Virus record (IMG/VR): IMGVR_UViG_3300029955_000001
Origin: a virus
Taxonomy: Duplodnaviria > Caudoviricetes
Length of the DNA stretch: 64,000 nt
Direction: 5' to 3' (one strand)
Below, piece by piece: positions 19,024 through 29,102 of the stretch (the first letter of the stretch is position 1; each line of letters begins with the position of its first letter). The notes below the pieces were generated by a model that had not been told where the DNA came from, ran no database searches, and was given only the letters and a program-made list of their open reading frames with translations. Made by a program: the position numbers and the translations under genes.

Positions 19024-19344
19024 CTATGGAGTACTTGGCTGACTATAAATAGCTTGTTGCTGTTTTACCCAAGCACGTAGTTGTGATAAACGGTGATTGC
19101 ATTCAAGTGTGTTTTTTGTCTGAGTATTAAATTTCGTTGACAGTATAGCTACTCGTTCACGTTCTGATGCTGCCATGAATGCAGTCATATTTGGCGGCGG
19201 TTCTACTAGACAATTCAAGATCAAGTTATCTGGTGGCGGAACTAATGTAGGACGGTCTACAATGACTTGTTTTGGAGATGTAGTTGCGCATGCTGTTAAA
19301 AATAAAACAGACGTTAATAAAACTACTTTAAGAATGGCTTTCAT
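19024..19344 (-). CDS. o-spanin (Rz1-like lipoprotein)
   Basis: Lipobox LTA-C; Pro-rich; downstream of the i-spanin. Confidence 0.8.
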   Translation of the reverse strand: MKAILKVVLLTSVLFLTACATTSPKQVIVDRPTLVPPPDNLILNCLVEPPPNMTAFMAASERERVAILSTKFNTQTKNTLECNHRLSQLRAWVKQQQAIYSQPSTP

Positions 19345-19365
19345 AATAATTCCTTTTTAATTTGA

Positions 19366-19944
19366 TTAAAATAATTTCTCAACAGCATCTTTTTCGATAG
19401 CGGTGGTATCTGGTAGATTAATATCCGGAATAGTTATGGTTGGTATTAGCGTCTTAAAACTATTAAATGATGGTTCACTAGTTGACGGCGCTGGGTCATT
19501 GGCAACCGGAGTGGTTTGAACAGGACAACTTAAATTTACCGTCGACGCATCTCCGCAGTAAACCTGCCACATCCCATCTAACTGAACAGCTGCCGTTGCG
19601 TCATCTAAAGCTTTCTCGCTAGCGATAGTAACTGGTCTGCCTTGAGCTTTATCCTCAATCGCTTGTACCTTCTGGTCTATGCCAGATTGAATAGAAGAAA
19701 TCTTTGAATCAGTTTCAGTATTTTGTTGTGCTACAATTGTGTTTGCGGCAGTTGTTACAGCGTCAGATTTTGCTGTGATTGCTGCTGTTTCTTTCTGATC
19801 GGCAATCACAGCTTGTGAGACAGCATTTTGTTGAGCCAGAGCAATGTTCTTAACTTTTGTTTCGTGGTAATCCCAAGCACAATAACCGGCAATGCTAATT
19901 ACTACAGCAAAGATAGCTAATCGAATATCAAGCATTATGTCCAT
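19366..19944 (-). CDS. i-spanin (Rz-like)
   Basis: N-terminal TM followed by Ala/Gln-rich coiled coil; pairs with the lipoprotein. Confidence 0.72.
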   Translation of the reverse strand: MDIMLDIRLAIFAVVISIAGYCAWDYHETKVKNIALAQQNAVSQAVIADQKETAAITAKSDAVTTAANTIVAQQNTETDSKISSIQSGIDQKVQAIEDKAQGRPVTIASEKALDDATAAVQLDGMWQVYCGDASTVNLSCPVQTTPVANDPAPSTSEPSFNSFKTLIPTITIPDINLPDTTAIEKDAVEKLF

Positions 19945-19958
19945 TATTTACTCCAAGT

Positions 19959-20531
19959 TTAAATATAAAATCTGTAACGACAATAAACGACAGCGAGCGC
20001 GTCTATAGAGTGTTCATCTAATTCTTCAATAGGGATGTGACCGTCGTATGCTATTTCATCTTTCATTTCAATAAGCTTATTACGCATAGCGTCTTTAGCA
20101 CCTGCACCATGAACACCTACTGCGTTCTTAACCGAACTAGGCGGAGTCATCTCGAGTACGTGCCAAAAAGAATATCGATTTACAGCTGATCTAATAGCAG
20201 ACACAACTTCTGTTAACGCAATTCCTGCTTGTGGGAATTTTTGGTTCACAAAAGGAGCTTCGGAATTAATAGATAAAGGACGAAGTCTATTAAACAAATT
20301 AAGAAGATACTCTTCAATAGCGGATATTCTAGCTGTACGAAAATCATAGAGTTGTTCTGCCCATGATTCTTTCCCAGCTAACTTAGCGGCATTAATAGAC
20401 CATGCTTCTGTAGAGACAATTTGCATTGTCTCTACATTGATTCGCATGACACCTATGCCGAGCATTGTTGATCCAGGGTCAATGCCTACTAATATCGCTA
20501 TAGAAGATGAATTACTAGGCATTGTAAGCAT
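19959..20531 (-). CDS. ruvC: RuvC-like Holliday junction resolvase
   Basis: GIDPG, ..E.PF, P..VK.AVG and EH.IDALAV motifs. Confidence 0.85.
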   Translation of the reverse strand: MLTMPSNSSSIAILVGIDPGSTMLGIGVMRINVETMQIVSTEAWSINAAKLAGKESWAEQLYDFRTARISAIEEYLLNLFNRLRPLSINSEAPFVNQKFPQAGIALTEVVSAIRSAVNRYSFWHVLEMTPPSSVKNAVGVHGAGAKDAMRNKLIEMKDEIAYDGHIPIEELDEHSIDALAVVYCRYRFYI

Positions 20532-20554
20532 AGTGTAATTTATAAAAAATAATG

Positions 20555-21403
20555 TTACGATAACGTTAATAACGGTTCAGTAGCGCCAACATCTAGAAGG
20601 AGGGTGATGGCGTTGTTGGAATACTGAACTGGGTAGAATGTATTAATGAATGAAACAATCTGGACAGCAATTGCTTCATTAAAACTAATTTGTGTGTTGT
20701 TAACAGCCGGAGAAGACACAACAGCATCTATCCCAGAACACAACCCAACCTCACTAATAATAGCTGCATTTGGATCGTTATATTTGACATTAGCTACATT
20801 AATTAATTCTGTAATGTCTGCCGCTCCTAATAACAAACTTAATTGCGCAGAAGCAGCAGCGTAATTACCAGTCGTTAAATTAACACCACTGCTTGATAAG
20901 ACAGGCGGTGTTGGATTAAGGTTAGAGTTATTAGCAACAAATGGAGTAACCGTAGTAACGCCACTAGCCACATTGATCAGTTCCATTGCAGCAATCACGT
21001 CCGTCAGTACCATACGACGCAAGTAGTAAGCAACGTACGCAGCGCCGTTATACTGTTCTATACGACGTAATCCATATAGTGCTTGTTCGGCTGTGGTTAT
21101 GTCGTTTGCAATAGGCCGTAGTACAAAAGGTAAATGATTGTACAATGCTGCATCTGTTGCGATGTGTTGAATAGGAGTAGGTATCGCAATCCCATTTGCA
21201 TCTACTGAAAAAGTATGTCCACCATTACCAATTGTCCAATAACCAAGTGATGGCAGGACACCAGCTGCTGGGTACACACCACTTTGAATATTAAACTTTT
21301 CATTTAACGTGGTAAGCGGCATGCATGCCCAATTAGATAATTTCATCAGTAATGCTGTTTGCAAATACGAACCGTAAAGAGTACGGCAAATTGGTTGTGT
21401 CAT
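20555..21403 (-). CDS. Conserved phiKZ-like virion structural protein
   Basis: Synteny with ruvC and the portal block; HLPFVLR, YYL.R and ISE.GLCSG motifs. Confidence 0.65.
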   Translation of the reverse strand: MTQPICRTLYGSYLQTALLMKLSNWACMPLTTLNEKFNIQSGVYPAAGVLPSLGYWTIGNGGHTFSVDANGIAIPTPIQHIATDAALYNHLPFVLRPIANDITTAEQALYGLRRIEQYNGAAYVAYYLRRMVLTDVIAAMELINVASGVTTVTPFVANNSNLNPTPPVLSSSGVNLTTGNYAAASAQLSLLLGAADITELINVANVKYNDPNAAIISEVGLCSGIDAVVSSPAVNNTQISFNEAIAVQIVSFINTFYPVQYSNNAITLLLDVGATEPLLTLS

Positions 21404-21480
21404 TTTATATTCCTAAATTGTTAAATTAAATTAATTACTAAACACAGTCACAGTATTGCGTATGTTGAGGAAAATAGTTA

Positions 21481-23760
21481 CTAAGTTTGGTATACTCCAA
21501 ATATATTTAAAAAGTCATTTTGTTGGAATGGCGTAAGCGCTAAGAATGTATCAATCCCAGGAACAGAAATAACACCATTAGGCACAGTTGGCAAGTTCAA
21601 AACATAAGCCCCGACAGGTGCTGTGTTTAGATATATCTGTTGAACATTATTAATAATAGTTTCTATAGCAGGAGCACCTAAATCGTATTGTGTGGTATTA
21701 GAAAAACCACTAGTTATTAGATTAGATAAGCTTGCTAAATTAACATCATAACTTAATGTTTCAGAAACAGAACATTTTGAACTAATTACACCAGTTACCA
21801 TATCGGGCAATTGTTGTTCACCAATTACTTCGCCATATCCGTTACCTACACGTACAGTCGTCCAGTCAGTTTCCTCAACAGCTGTATTATTGGTCTGAGT
21901 GATGAACTGAATACCGTAACTACTAAGTTGCGCTAGCATTGCTACCATCGCTTCTTGTATCTGTTGTAATGTAGTTGTTGTAATGTTTGCTAAACCTGTG
22001 GATTGATTCAACAACGATGTATAAAGCGTGCCTAAATTACTAATACTAAGACCAGTAATATTAATGTTTTTAGAAGCGAACCACTCAGCGTAAGTTTGCC
22101 CATTAGGAACCATTGTACAAACATTATCGCTATAGATACGATTACACAAACCAGCCACCATTGCGCGGGCATCTTTATGTTCTTGATACGCTGTTAAATT
22201 ACGTTGCAGCTGAGACGAGTTATAAATCTTTTGACACGTAGAATAGAACGCGCTAGTTGATATGATCGTGCCAATTGTTGGTTGTAGTGAAACTGCCAAT
22301 TGAGCAGTAGCTTCAGTTACTAGACTTGGGTCTACCACAGACATTAAATCAGACACTGGGTCAACACCAGGATTAAATCTCTGTACTCTATTAGCAAACA
22401 TTTGCGGGATAGTGGTCAATGGAATACCAATAGAGCCACAGAAACAGTACCATGCAAATATATAGGCATCTTTTACTGTTAGAGCGTAAGTTTCTCCTGT
22501 AACTGGATTGTTTACATTAACAACTGCCACATAGTTACCATTGCAAGCTAGCCATAACCAATGGTTTACTAATATACTACTGAGTGTGATTGGCGAACTA
22601 TTTGTATAGTCAATTACCGTTGACTCCAATACCTTTGTAAGTAAAGTATTGTATTTTGAATTCTGCATTGCTGCCTGAATGTTAGTTTCTTGCGTAGTTT
22701 GATACGTAAGATTACCAGGAGCTAGCGGTTGCTCTAAATTCATAACTTGATCTAATGTAAACGATGTTTGATCGTCAGCGCTAACTAGACCGTTTACAGA
22801 AGTTTTAATAAATACTAAATCTGGATACAACTGATTTGGTTGATTTATTAAATCATGTTTCATTGTAAACTTAGACAAAGGTAAACCACGCTCTGTCATG
22901 ATATGTTCAACAATCCAATCAAAGGTAGCTTGTTTACCTGAATTGCGTTCTATGTATGCGATGTTTCTATAGAAAAATAATGTTTGACTAAGTGTCATTA
23001 AATCTATATATTGATCTAAGAACCCATGACTGGCAAGATACATCTTTACATGAAAGCTATGTGCTTCATTTGTTTTGCAGGCACGTAATCGTGCGTTAAT
23101 AACTGCTGGAACTAAATTCAAATACATAATTCCAAGAGAAACAGCAGGGTACAATGTATCGCTAATTCCGAACTGTGTGTTATACCAACGAGCTTTGTAA
23201 CCATTAATCCATTTTTGTAATTTTGGTATTAAGGTATACTCATTGTCTTCGACTAGACTTGGCGGGTATCCTAGTATTGTTCCATCAGCTGCTGTAATTG
23301 CTGTGTTAATATCAACAGGATACAATATACCCATAATTAGCAATACTTGATCGGGATAGCGAGAAACAAGTTGCTGGTAGTTATATGTACCATATGCATA
23401 GCCTGCGGCAGTTGCTGTGTTTACTGCAAGATTAGCTACTGTGAAATTAATGACATTCAATGTATCTAGCGACACCACTGTCATCATCGTGTCGACAGGG
23501 TGGTACTGACCAGCTAGATTCATGTAATATTTCCACGTAGTGGGGTCAGCTGTGTTAACTGTTCCGTTTTGTGGTGGATCAGTAACAAATGTATTTAACG
23601 ACATAGCTGAGTCATTACTTTTAATAATGATCGACGCAGCTAAAGCTGTGACACTATTAATATAAACATCATATTCGTTCACAGCAGAAGCCAAACCAGG
23701 TAATGCTGATGTGGTAGCATTACTATTTGAACCAGGTGGTACTAAAGATACAATGCTCAT
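21481..23760 (-). CDS. Large virion structural protein (phiKZ gp128-like)
   Basis: Divergent from the portal; WKYY.NLAG.YH..D motif; synteny. Confidence 0.65.
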   Translation of the reverse strand: MSIVSLVPPGSNSNATTSALPGLASAVNEYDVYINSVTALAASIIIKSNDSAMSLNTFVTDPPQNGTVNTADPTTWKYYMNLAGQYHPVDTMMTVVSLDTLNVINFTVANLAVNTATAAGYAYGTYNYQQLVSRYPDQVLLIMGILYPVDINTAITAADGTILGYPPSLVEDNEYTLIPKLQKWINGYKARWYNTQFGISDTLYPAVSLGIMYLNLVPAVINARLRACKTNEAHSFHVKMYLASHGFLDQYIDLMTLSQTLFFYRNIAYIERNSGKQATFDWIVEHIMTERGLPLSKFTMKHDLINQPNQLYPDLVFIKTSVNGLVSADDQTSFTLDQVMNLEQPLAPGNLTYQTTQETNIQAAMQNSKYNTLLTKVLESTVIDYTNSSPITLSSILVNHWLWLACNGNYVAVVNVNNPVTGETYALTVKDAYIFAWYCFCGSIGIPLTTIPQMFANRVQRFNPGVDPVSDLMSVVDPSLVTEATAQLAVSLQPTIGTIISTSAFYSTCQKIYNSSQLQRNLTAYQEHKDARAMVAGLCNRIYSDNVCTMVPNGQTYAEWFASKNINITGLSISNLGTLYTSLLNQSTGLANITTTTLQQIQEAMVAMLAQLSSYGIQFITQTNNTAVEETDWTTVRVGNGYGEVIGEQQLPDMVTGVISSKCSVSETLSYDVNLASLSNLITSGFSNTTQYDLGAPAIETIINNVQQIYLNTAPVGAYVLNLPTVPNGVISVPGIDTFLALTPFQQNDFLNIFGVYQT

Positions 23761-23830
23761 TTGGTTACCTATTAAGACATTTTTTACGACATCGTAACAT
23801 CGTATAGTTTAAAACTACAAAGGCAGTGAC

Positions 23831-26827
23831 ATGGCAAAAGATAATGATTCTTTCATGAAGATGGTGCGGGCTGCTGGTTCCGGCAAAAGAGTTCCTGTAA
23901 TATCACTAGTACGTCAGGACCCAAATTTGGCCGCAGTAATTTCCAAGCTCGTTTCCGGTGTTCAAAAACCTATTTACGATAACTATGGCAATCGTGAACC
24001 TATGTCACCGAATGTTGGTGCGTTAAAGAACATCGCGCAACATACAGCACAAAGTATAACCGACTCTAAAACAACAATGCAGATATTCCCAGATATGGAA
24101 TTATCTGCACAGATTTTAATCAGTTCTATTTTATCGCCAAAAGACATGATGGCAACAGATTTGTCTTTCTGGGTAACAGAAGGTCTTATTTCGCCAGATG
24201 TTACCGCATCGATGGTTACACGTACTACTTCATATTTTGAACAAGACTATAAAATAAAGCCGCTATTGCAGAAAATGCTTAGGGCAATGCTGTTTGAAGA
24301 AGGGTCTTACCCTGTTGCTGTCATACCAGAAAATACTCTCGACCACATCATTAACGGTCAGAATAATATCACTTTGGAAAGTCTTAGTGAGACTATTACA
24401 AGAGATGGTTCTATCGTCCCAATTGGTCTATTAGGCCCGTCAATTAAGACCGCGCCAACACCAGTGCGTAATGGTACAGTGATGTCGTTAGAATCATTTA
24501 ACGATTATCAACCAGATCGTAATGTAGACGGACGTATTACGTTTGAAGGTATTTTAAGTAAATCCGTATCCGATCATTTTGTTTCTGTTACTGATAATTA
24601 TAATTTGTTGAAGATACCACAAATTAATCAGAAGATTCGAGAACAACGTATTGTTAACGCCATTGGCAGTAAAGCAATGGAATCAATAGGCGGAAGAAAT
24701 CAGTTTGGGCAAAACTTTAATCCGCCTAAAGTAAAGAAATTAAATGATCGTGATGTAACTGGTTTAGTTTATAAAGAACGTAATTTTCAATACAAACCAA
24801 TTTCAGCATTAAAAACTCAAGAGCAACTGAATCGACGTACTGTTGGCAATCCATTGATTTTGCATTTACCTGCTGAGTCAATTATTCCAGTATATGTTCC
24901 TGGTTGCGTTGAGCAACAAGTTGGTTTCTTTGTGTTAATTGATGGCGATGGTAATCCATTATCTACTGTTGACAATGCTGACTACTATCAACAGTTATCT
25001 GCGCAATTAAATTCGAATGGTAGTTTTACATCGGCTATGTTGACACGTGTGAAAAGCATGATGTCTGGTTTTGATGTTACGAATCGCGAGCATCTTGATT
25101 ATAGTGCGCGTGCTTATGGTGAATTGGTCGAGCAAGACTTGCTGGCACGACTGCGTAATGGTGTATATGGTAACGGCGTAGCATTGGCGAAGAAAGAAGA
25201 AATCTATCGCATTATGCTAGCACGTACGTTGCAGAAACAACACACTCAATTATTGTTTATTCCAATTGAGTTAATGACTTATTTTGCGTTTAGATATAAC
25301 TCAGCAGGTATTGGTGTCTCGCTGTTAGAGGGTATGAAGGTACTGAACAGTCTTCGCGCTATGTTGTTGTTTGCAAACGTAATGGCTTCATTAAAGAATT
25401 CCATTGGCCGGACAGAAGTGAAATTAAAACTGGATGAATCTGATCCATCACCTCAGAAGACAATTGAAATTGCGATGCATGAAATTATTCGCTCACGTCA
25501 ACATTTCTTTCCACTAGGGATTAATAGCCCAACTGATTTAGTCGATTGGTTGCAGAAATCCGGTTTTGAATTCACTTTCGAAGGTCATCCTGGTATACCA
25601 GATGTGAGTATTGATTTTGGTGAAAAGAGTACTAACTTTGTTAAACCAGATACAGAGTTGGAAGAGAACTTACGAAAACGCTCTATTATGTCAGTTGGCC
25701 TTAGTCCAGCTACTGTAGATGCTACGTTCGAAGCAGAGTTCGCCAGTAGTGTTGTTACAAATAACATTTTGTTAGCGAAACGTGTATTACAAATTCAAGA
25801 AGAGTTTACACCACAACTGAGTGCTCATATGCGTAAATGCATGCTGAATTCAGAAGAACTCATTAATGATTTACGTGATATATTAATGGCTAACTATAAA
25901 AAGTTAAATGTAGAAGTATTAGATAACATGGAGCATCACCATCATTCTTTTAATGCTAAGAAAGCGAATGACGATGACGTAAGTGACGAGACAAAGCAGT
26001 ATGTTGTTAATAAGTTTTTACATGAATACATCATGAATTTTAATGTGAGTTTGCCAAAACCAAACTCAGTCACATTAGAGAACCAATTAACAGCACTCGA
26101 AACTTACACTAAGGTTCTTGATATTACACTTGAGGCATGGATAAGTGAGAAGTTCTTTACTGCGGACGTAGGCGGTGAAGTAGCTAATCAAGTAATCACT
26201 GTTAAGGAAATATTAAAAGCTTATTTCATTCGCCAGTGGATGAATGAAAATGGTGTGATGCCTGAACTGAGTAAGTTAACTAATACAGGGGATGATAGTA
26301 AACCTGAATTGGATGTATTCAAAATTCAAGCAGCACATATGGAAGGGTTAACGAAATCATTAACTAAACTAATGGTGCAAGTTGAAACAAGTAAAGCTGC
26401 TAGTAACGCAATCATGGATAAGTTAACTGTTAGCGGTAGTAGTAGTAACGCTGCTGGTGGTGGCGGGTCATCCGATGATTTTGGTGGTGGTAGTAGCGAT
26501 TTAGGAAGTGGTGATTTATCTAGTGGCAATATAGATCAGATGGGCAGCGAGCCACCTGATCTAGGCGGAATGCCTGAAGGCGAAGAAACAGGTGATGAAA
26601 CTGGCGCAGGTGGTGAATCAGAAACTGAAACTCCTACTGAAATGCCAAATGAGCCTAGCCCAGAAACTGGTAATGAAACTAAAGAACCAGAGCAACAAGA
26701 AAGTCAAGAAGAAGAAACACCTGAAGATAAGAAGCAACGCGAAGAGGAAGAGGCATTAGCTAAAAAGAAAGCTGATGAAGAAACGCAAGCTAAGAAAGAA
26801 ACTGAAAACAAACCTCCTAGTGTTTAA
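23831..26827 (+). CDS. Portal protein (phiKZ gp129-like) with acidic low-complexity C-tail
   Basis: FPDMELSAQILISSILSP motif; about 1000 aa; synteny; last ~130 aa rich in G/S/E/P. Confidence 0.75.
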   Translation: MAKDNDSFMKMVRAAGSGKRVPVISLVRQDPNLAAVISKLVSGVQKPIYDNYGNREPMSPNVGALKNIAQHTAQSITDSKTTMQIFPDMELSAQILISSILSPKDMMATDLSFWVTEGLISPDVTASMVTRTTSYFEQDYKIKPLLQKMLRAMLFEEGSYPVAVIPENTLDHIINGQNNITLESLSETITRDGSIVPIGLLGPSIKTAPTPVRNGTVMSLESFNDYQPDRNVDGRITFEGILSKSVSDHFVSVTDNYNLLKIPQINQKIREQRIVNAIGSKAMESIGGRNQFGQNFNPPKVKKLNDRDVTGLVYKERNFQYKPISALKTQEQLNRRTVGNPLILHLPAESIIPVYVPGCVEQQVGFFVLIDGDGNPLSTVDNADYYQQLSAQLNSNGSFTSAMLTRVKSMMSGFDVTNREHLDYSARAYGELVEQDLLARLRNGVYGNGVALAKKEEIYRIMLARTLQKQHTQLLFIPIELMTYFAFRYNSAGIGVSLLEGMKVLNSLRAMLLFANVMASLKNSIGRTEVKLKLDESDPSPQKTIEIAMHEIIRSRQHFFPLGINSPTDLVDWLQKSGFEFTFEGHPGIPDVSIDFGEKSTNFVKPDTELEENLRKRSIMSVGLSPATVDATFEAEFASSVVTNNILLAKRVLQIQEEFTPQLSAHMRKCMLNSEELINDLRDILMANYKKLNVEVLDNMEHHHHSFNAKKANDDDVSDETKQYVVNKFLHEYIMNFNVSLPKPNSVTLENQLTALETYTKVLDITLEAWISEKFFTADVGGEVANQVITVKEILKAYFIRQWMNENGVMPELSKLTNTGDDSKPELDVFKIQAAHMEGLTKSLTKLMVQVETSKAASNAIMDKLTVSGSSSNAAGGGGSSDDFGGGSSDLGSGDLSSGNIDQMGSEPPDLGGMPEGEETGDETGAGGESETETPTEMPNEPSPETGNETKEPEQQESQEEETPEDKKQREEEEALAKKKADEETQAKKETENKPPSV

Positions 26828-26850
26828 TGTTTTAAACAAAAAAAATAGTA

Positions 26851-26894
26851 GGCATACGGCCAGATAGGTTTTTATCCTATCTGGCCGTATGCCG
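26851..26894. terminator. Bidirectional hairpin: T-tract on minus strand, TATGCCG on plus strand
   Basis: 18-bp stem ggcatacggccagatagg/cctatctggccgtatgcc. Confidence 0.85.
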
Positions 26895-27098
26895 TATAAC
26901 TTACTTAATGTGGCTTTGTAGTTCCTAGTTTCTCTACTACAACACCGCCAACTCGCATAGTGTTACTTTCTTGCTTTACTTCTGTACCTGTTTCAACGGG
27001 AGCGTTGGTTTGGGTATTTGTGTTTTGTTGAGTATTCATTTTAGTATCAGTTTTTACGTGCTTGTTCGTCAAAATTTCCTCCTACGTCTACTGTGTTT

Positions 27099-27902
27099 TT
27101 AGCACACAGGTTTATTTAATACAAGATCTTTAACATCAATAAAAATACTGCCAACGAGGTCGTCACGCCCGATGATAATACGTTGTGTTTTAGGATCACA
27201 CACAACACCAAAAGCAACACCACTAAAAACAATGTTAACACCTTGCATTATTCTAGTGTTGACACCTTTATCTACTTCTTTGTTACTGCTCGGCTTCGTA
27301 ATAATATCTTTTACTTCAATATTAGAAACAATATCGTAAAAGAAATAGTTGTTAACCACTTTCTTTTGAAGTCTATTATCTGCTACTAAAGATTCTAAAA
27401 TTTCTTTTACATCAGCAATGGAAATACCAGGAATAAAATTTTTCACTATTGGAACTTCCACCACACCTTTATATATATCCTCAAATGTAATACTGGTTAT
27501 TGTGTCAGAATAAAGAGTAAATATAGCGGTTATTATTATTGCAGCTGTAATTTCGGGTGACATTGTCAGTTTACCTTCTGTTTTTGTTTTAGATACACCG
27601 CGAACAGAATTTGTTTTTTTCTCTTTTGGTTCAGACAGGATGTAACAAAGAAGATCGTCTATAGTAAGTTTATCTACTTGTTCTTTAATAACAGCTTCGT
27701 TTAACACATACCGAAAACTGTTAATAGGAAGGGCTTTGTCCATATCGTCGGATTTCTTAACTTGTTTATTGTTAAGAATGATCTGTATAGCTTGATCTCG
27801 GATAACAGATACAGGCAAAGGTGTTCTTGTATTTCCTCTCAATACGCGGCCTACGGCATCGCGAATAATTGTTGTAATTGTTTCTTTAGGCATAATGTCC
27901 AT
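27099..27902 (-). CDS. Hypothetical protein (possible winged-helix elements)
   Basis: 267-aa ORF. Confidence 0.65.
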   Translation of the reverse strand: MDIMPKETITTIIRDAVGRVLRGNTRTPLPVSVIRDQAIQIILNNKQVKKSDDMDKALPINSFRYVLNEAVIKEQVDKLTIDDLLCYILSEPKEKKTNSVRGVSKTKTEGKLTMSPEITAAIIITAIFTLYSDTITSITFEDIYKGVVEVPIVKNFIPGISIADVKEILESLVADNRLQKKVVNNYFFYDIVSNIEVKDIITKPSSNKEVDKGVNTRIMQGVNIVFSGVAFGVVCDPKTQRIIIGRDDLVGSIFIDVKDLVLNKPVC

Positions 27903-27929
27903 TGTTTAATTAGTAATGTTTCGTTATAT

Positions 27930-27966
27930 CGGCATAAATGAGTGGGTTTTTATACCCACTCATTAT
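27930..27966 (-). terminator. Hairpin + TATGCCG (minus strand)
   Basis: aatgagtggg/cccactcatt stem; CGGCATA at 27930-27936. Confidence 0.65.
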
Positions 27967-27971
27967 TTACG

Positions 27972-28418
27972 TTAAATTTTATCTATTTGCGCAGCAGGAC
28001 CAAAATGTTCTTTAGCTATTTGATAGATATCGTCTAAGGTTATTCTTACACCTCGTTTATCCCAGCCTATAGCAAGTGCTCCCCCGCTGACATATCTGAG
28101 TTTCTCATGTCCGATTTCAAACAGTATTGCTACTTGTCCTGTTTCCAATAAGTCAGGTATTTCAGCAACCCAATCACGGTTTTTATTATCTTCAGTTTCG
28201 TCCTCTGGTTCTACAATGAAGTTTGGGAGACCTCCAGTGTCTGTCCCATTGACAATAAAACCAAACATACCGCGTTCTTTATATTCAGAAAGATCTAGCC
28301 CAGGCACGCTGTTGACCCATGCCTTAAATGCTTCTGGATCTTTTACCTTAAAGTAATTACTACACGCATATGCTTCCCAGTTCGCCATACTAATCCTCCA
28401 TTGTTTCCATTGCATCAA
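27972..28418 (-). CDS. Hypothetical phage protein
   Basis: SNYFKVKD..AF..W motif; RBS GGAGG precedes the internal MANWE start. Confidence 0.7.
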   Translation of the reverse strand: MMQWKQWRISMANWEAYACSNYFKVKDPEAFKAWVNSVPGLDLSEYKERGMFGFIVNGTDTGGLPNFIVEPEDETEDNKNRDWVAEIPDLLETGQVAILFEIGHEKLRYVSGGALAIGWDKRGVRITLDDIYQIAKEHFGPAAQIDKI

Positions 28419-28764
28419 TCTGATTCAAAGTTTCAGCAAGTGAAATAGGATCAGATATACCAAGGTTGTTTTCTTCTTCATCGTCTTCTAGGTTGTCACC
28501 AATAGAGTCAATATCTGGAGATGTTTCCACTTCATTAATTGTGATAGGTTGTTCGAATAAATCCGGGCGATTAATACGGACCATGTCAATGATAGTTTTT
28601 GGCTCACACGGGGCTATTGGCTCACCATGTGAACCTACGATAACAACATTGACAAAGCCTGACTTTACCAAAGATCTATTGATGATGTTACTAACCAAAG
28701 TTTTACCAGTGTTAGCTTCACCAGCCACGGTGATCTGAATTCCAGGCATAGATTCATCAGTCAT
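28390..28764 (-). CDS. Small P-loop protein with acidic tail
   Basis: Walker A-like GEANTGKT; start reassigned to ATG 28764 after AAGGA. Confidence 0.65.
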   Translation of the reverse strand: MTDESMPGIQITVAGEANTGKTLVSNIINRSLVKSGFVNVVIVGSHGEPIAPCEPKTIIDMVRINRPDLFEQPITINEVETSPDIDSIGDNLEDDEEENNLGISDPISLAETLNQIDAMETMED

Positions 28765-28781
28765 TTGTTTTCCTTTTAAAA

Positions 28782-29052
28782 TTAATTTTTTGTTATCCGG
28801 AGTTTCAACGCGAGATATTGTTCTTCTACCCATCTCCAATATCCTTAATCAGTACTACACGTTAGAAATTCTTCTATCCAAACTTCTTTCAAGTGTATCG
28901 GGTGTTCAGCCTTATCATGTTTTTGCATATTTTGTTTGCAATTCATGTGCTGATAATTTATCATCACCAAAATCTTCCTGTATTTCGATAATGACATCAC
29001 CTTGAGCAATATAACCTGGCGGTGTGTTTTTATTGCATAAGTTAATAACCAT
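28782..29052 (-). pseudogene. Disrupted small phage gene (EHP...W...T.LGYW.WV type)
   Basis: ATG at 29052 with AGGT RBS. Removing one A from an A5 run near 28920-28924 gives ...KHDKAEHPIHLKEVWIEEFLTCSTD*GYWRWVEEQ, which also has an in-frame TAA. Confidence 0.55.
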
Positions 29053-29067
29053 ATCTACCTTTCGGGA

Positions 29068-29100
29068 ATATTAGCTGCTAGATAATCTAGCAGCTAATAT
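29068..29100 (-). terminator. 15-bp hairpin after the 625-aa gene
   Basis: atattagctgctaga/tctagcagctaatat. Confidence 0.65.
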
Positions 29101-29102
29101 AT

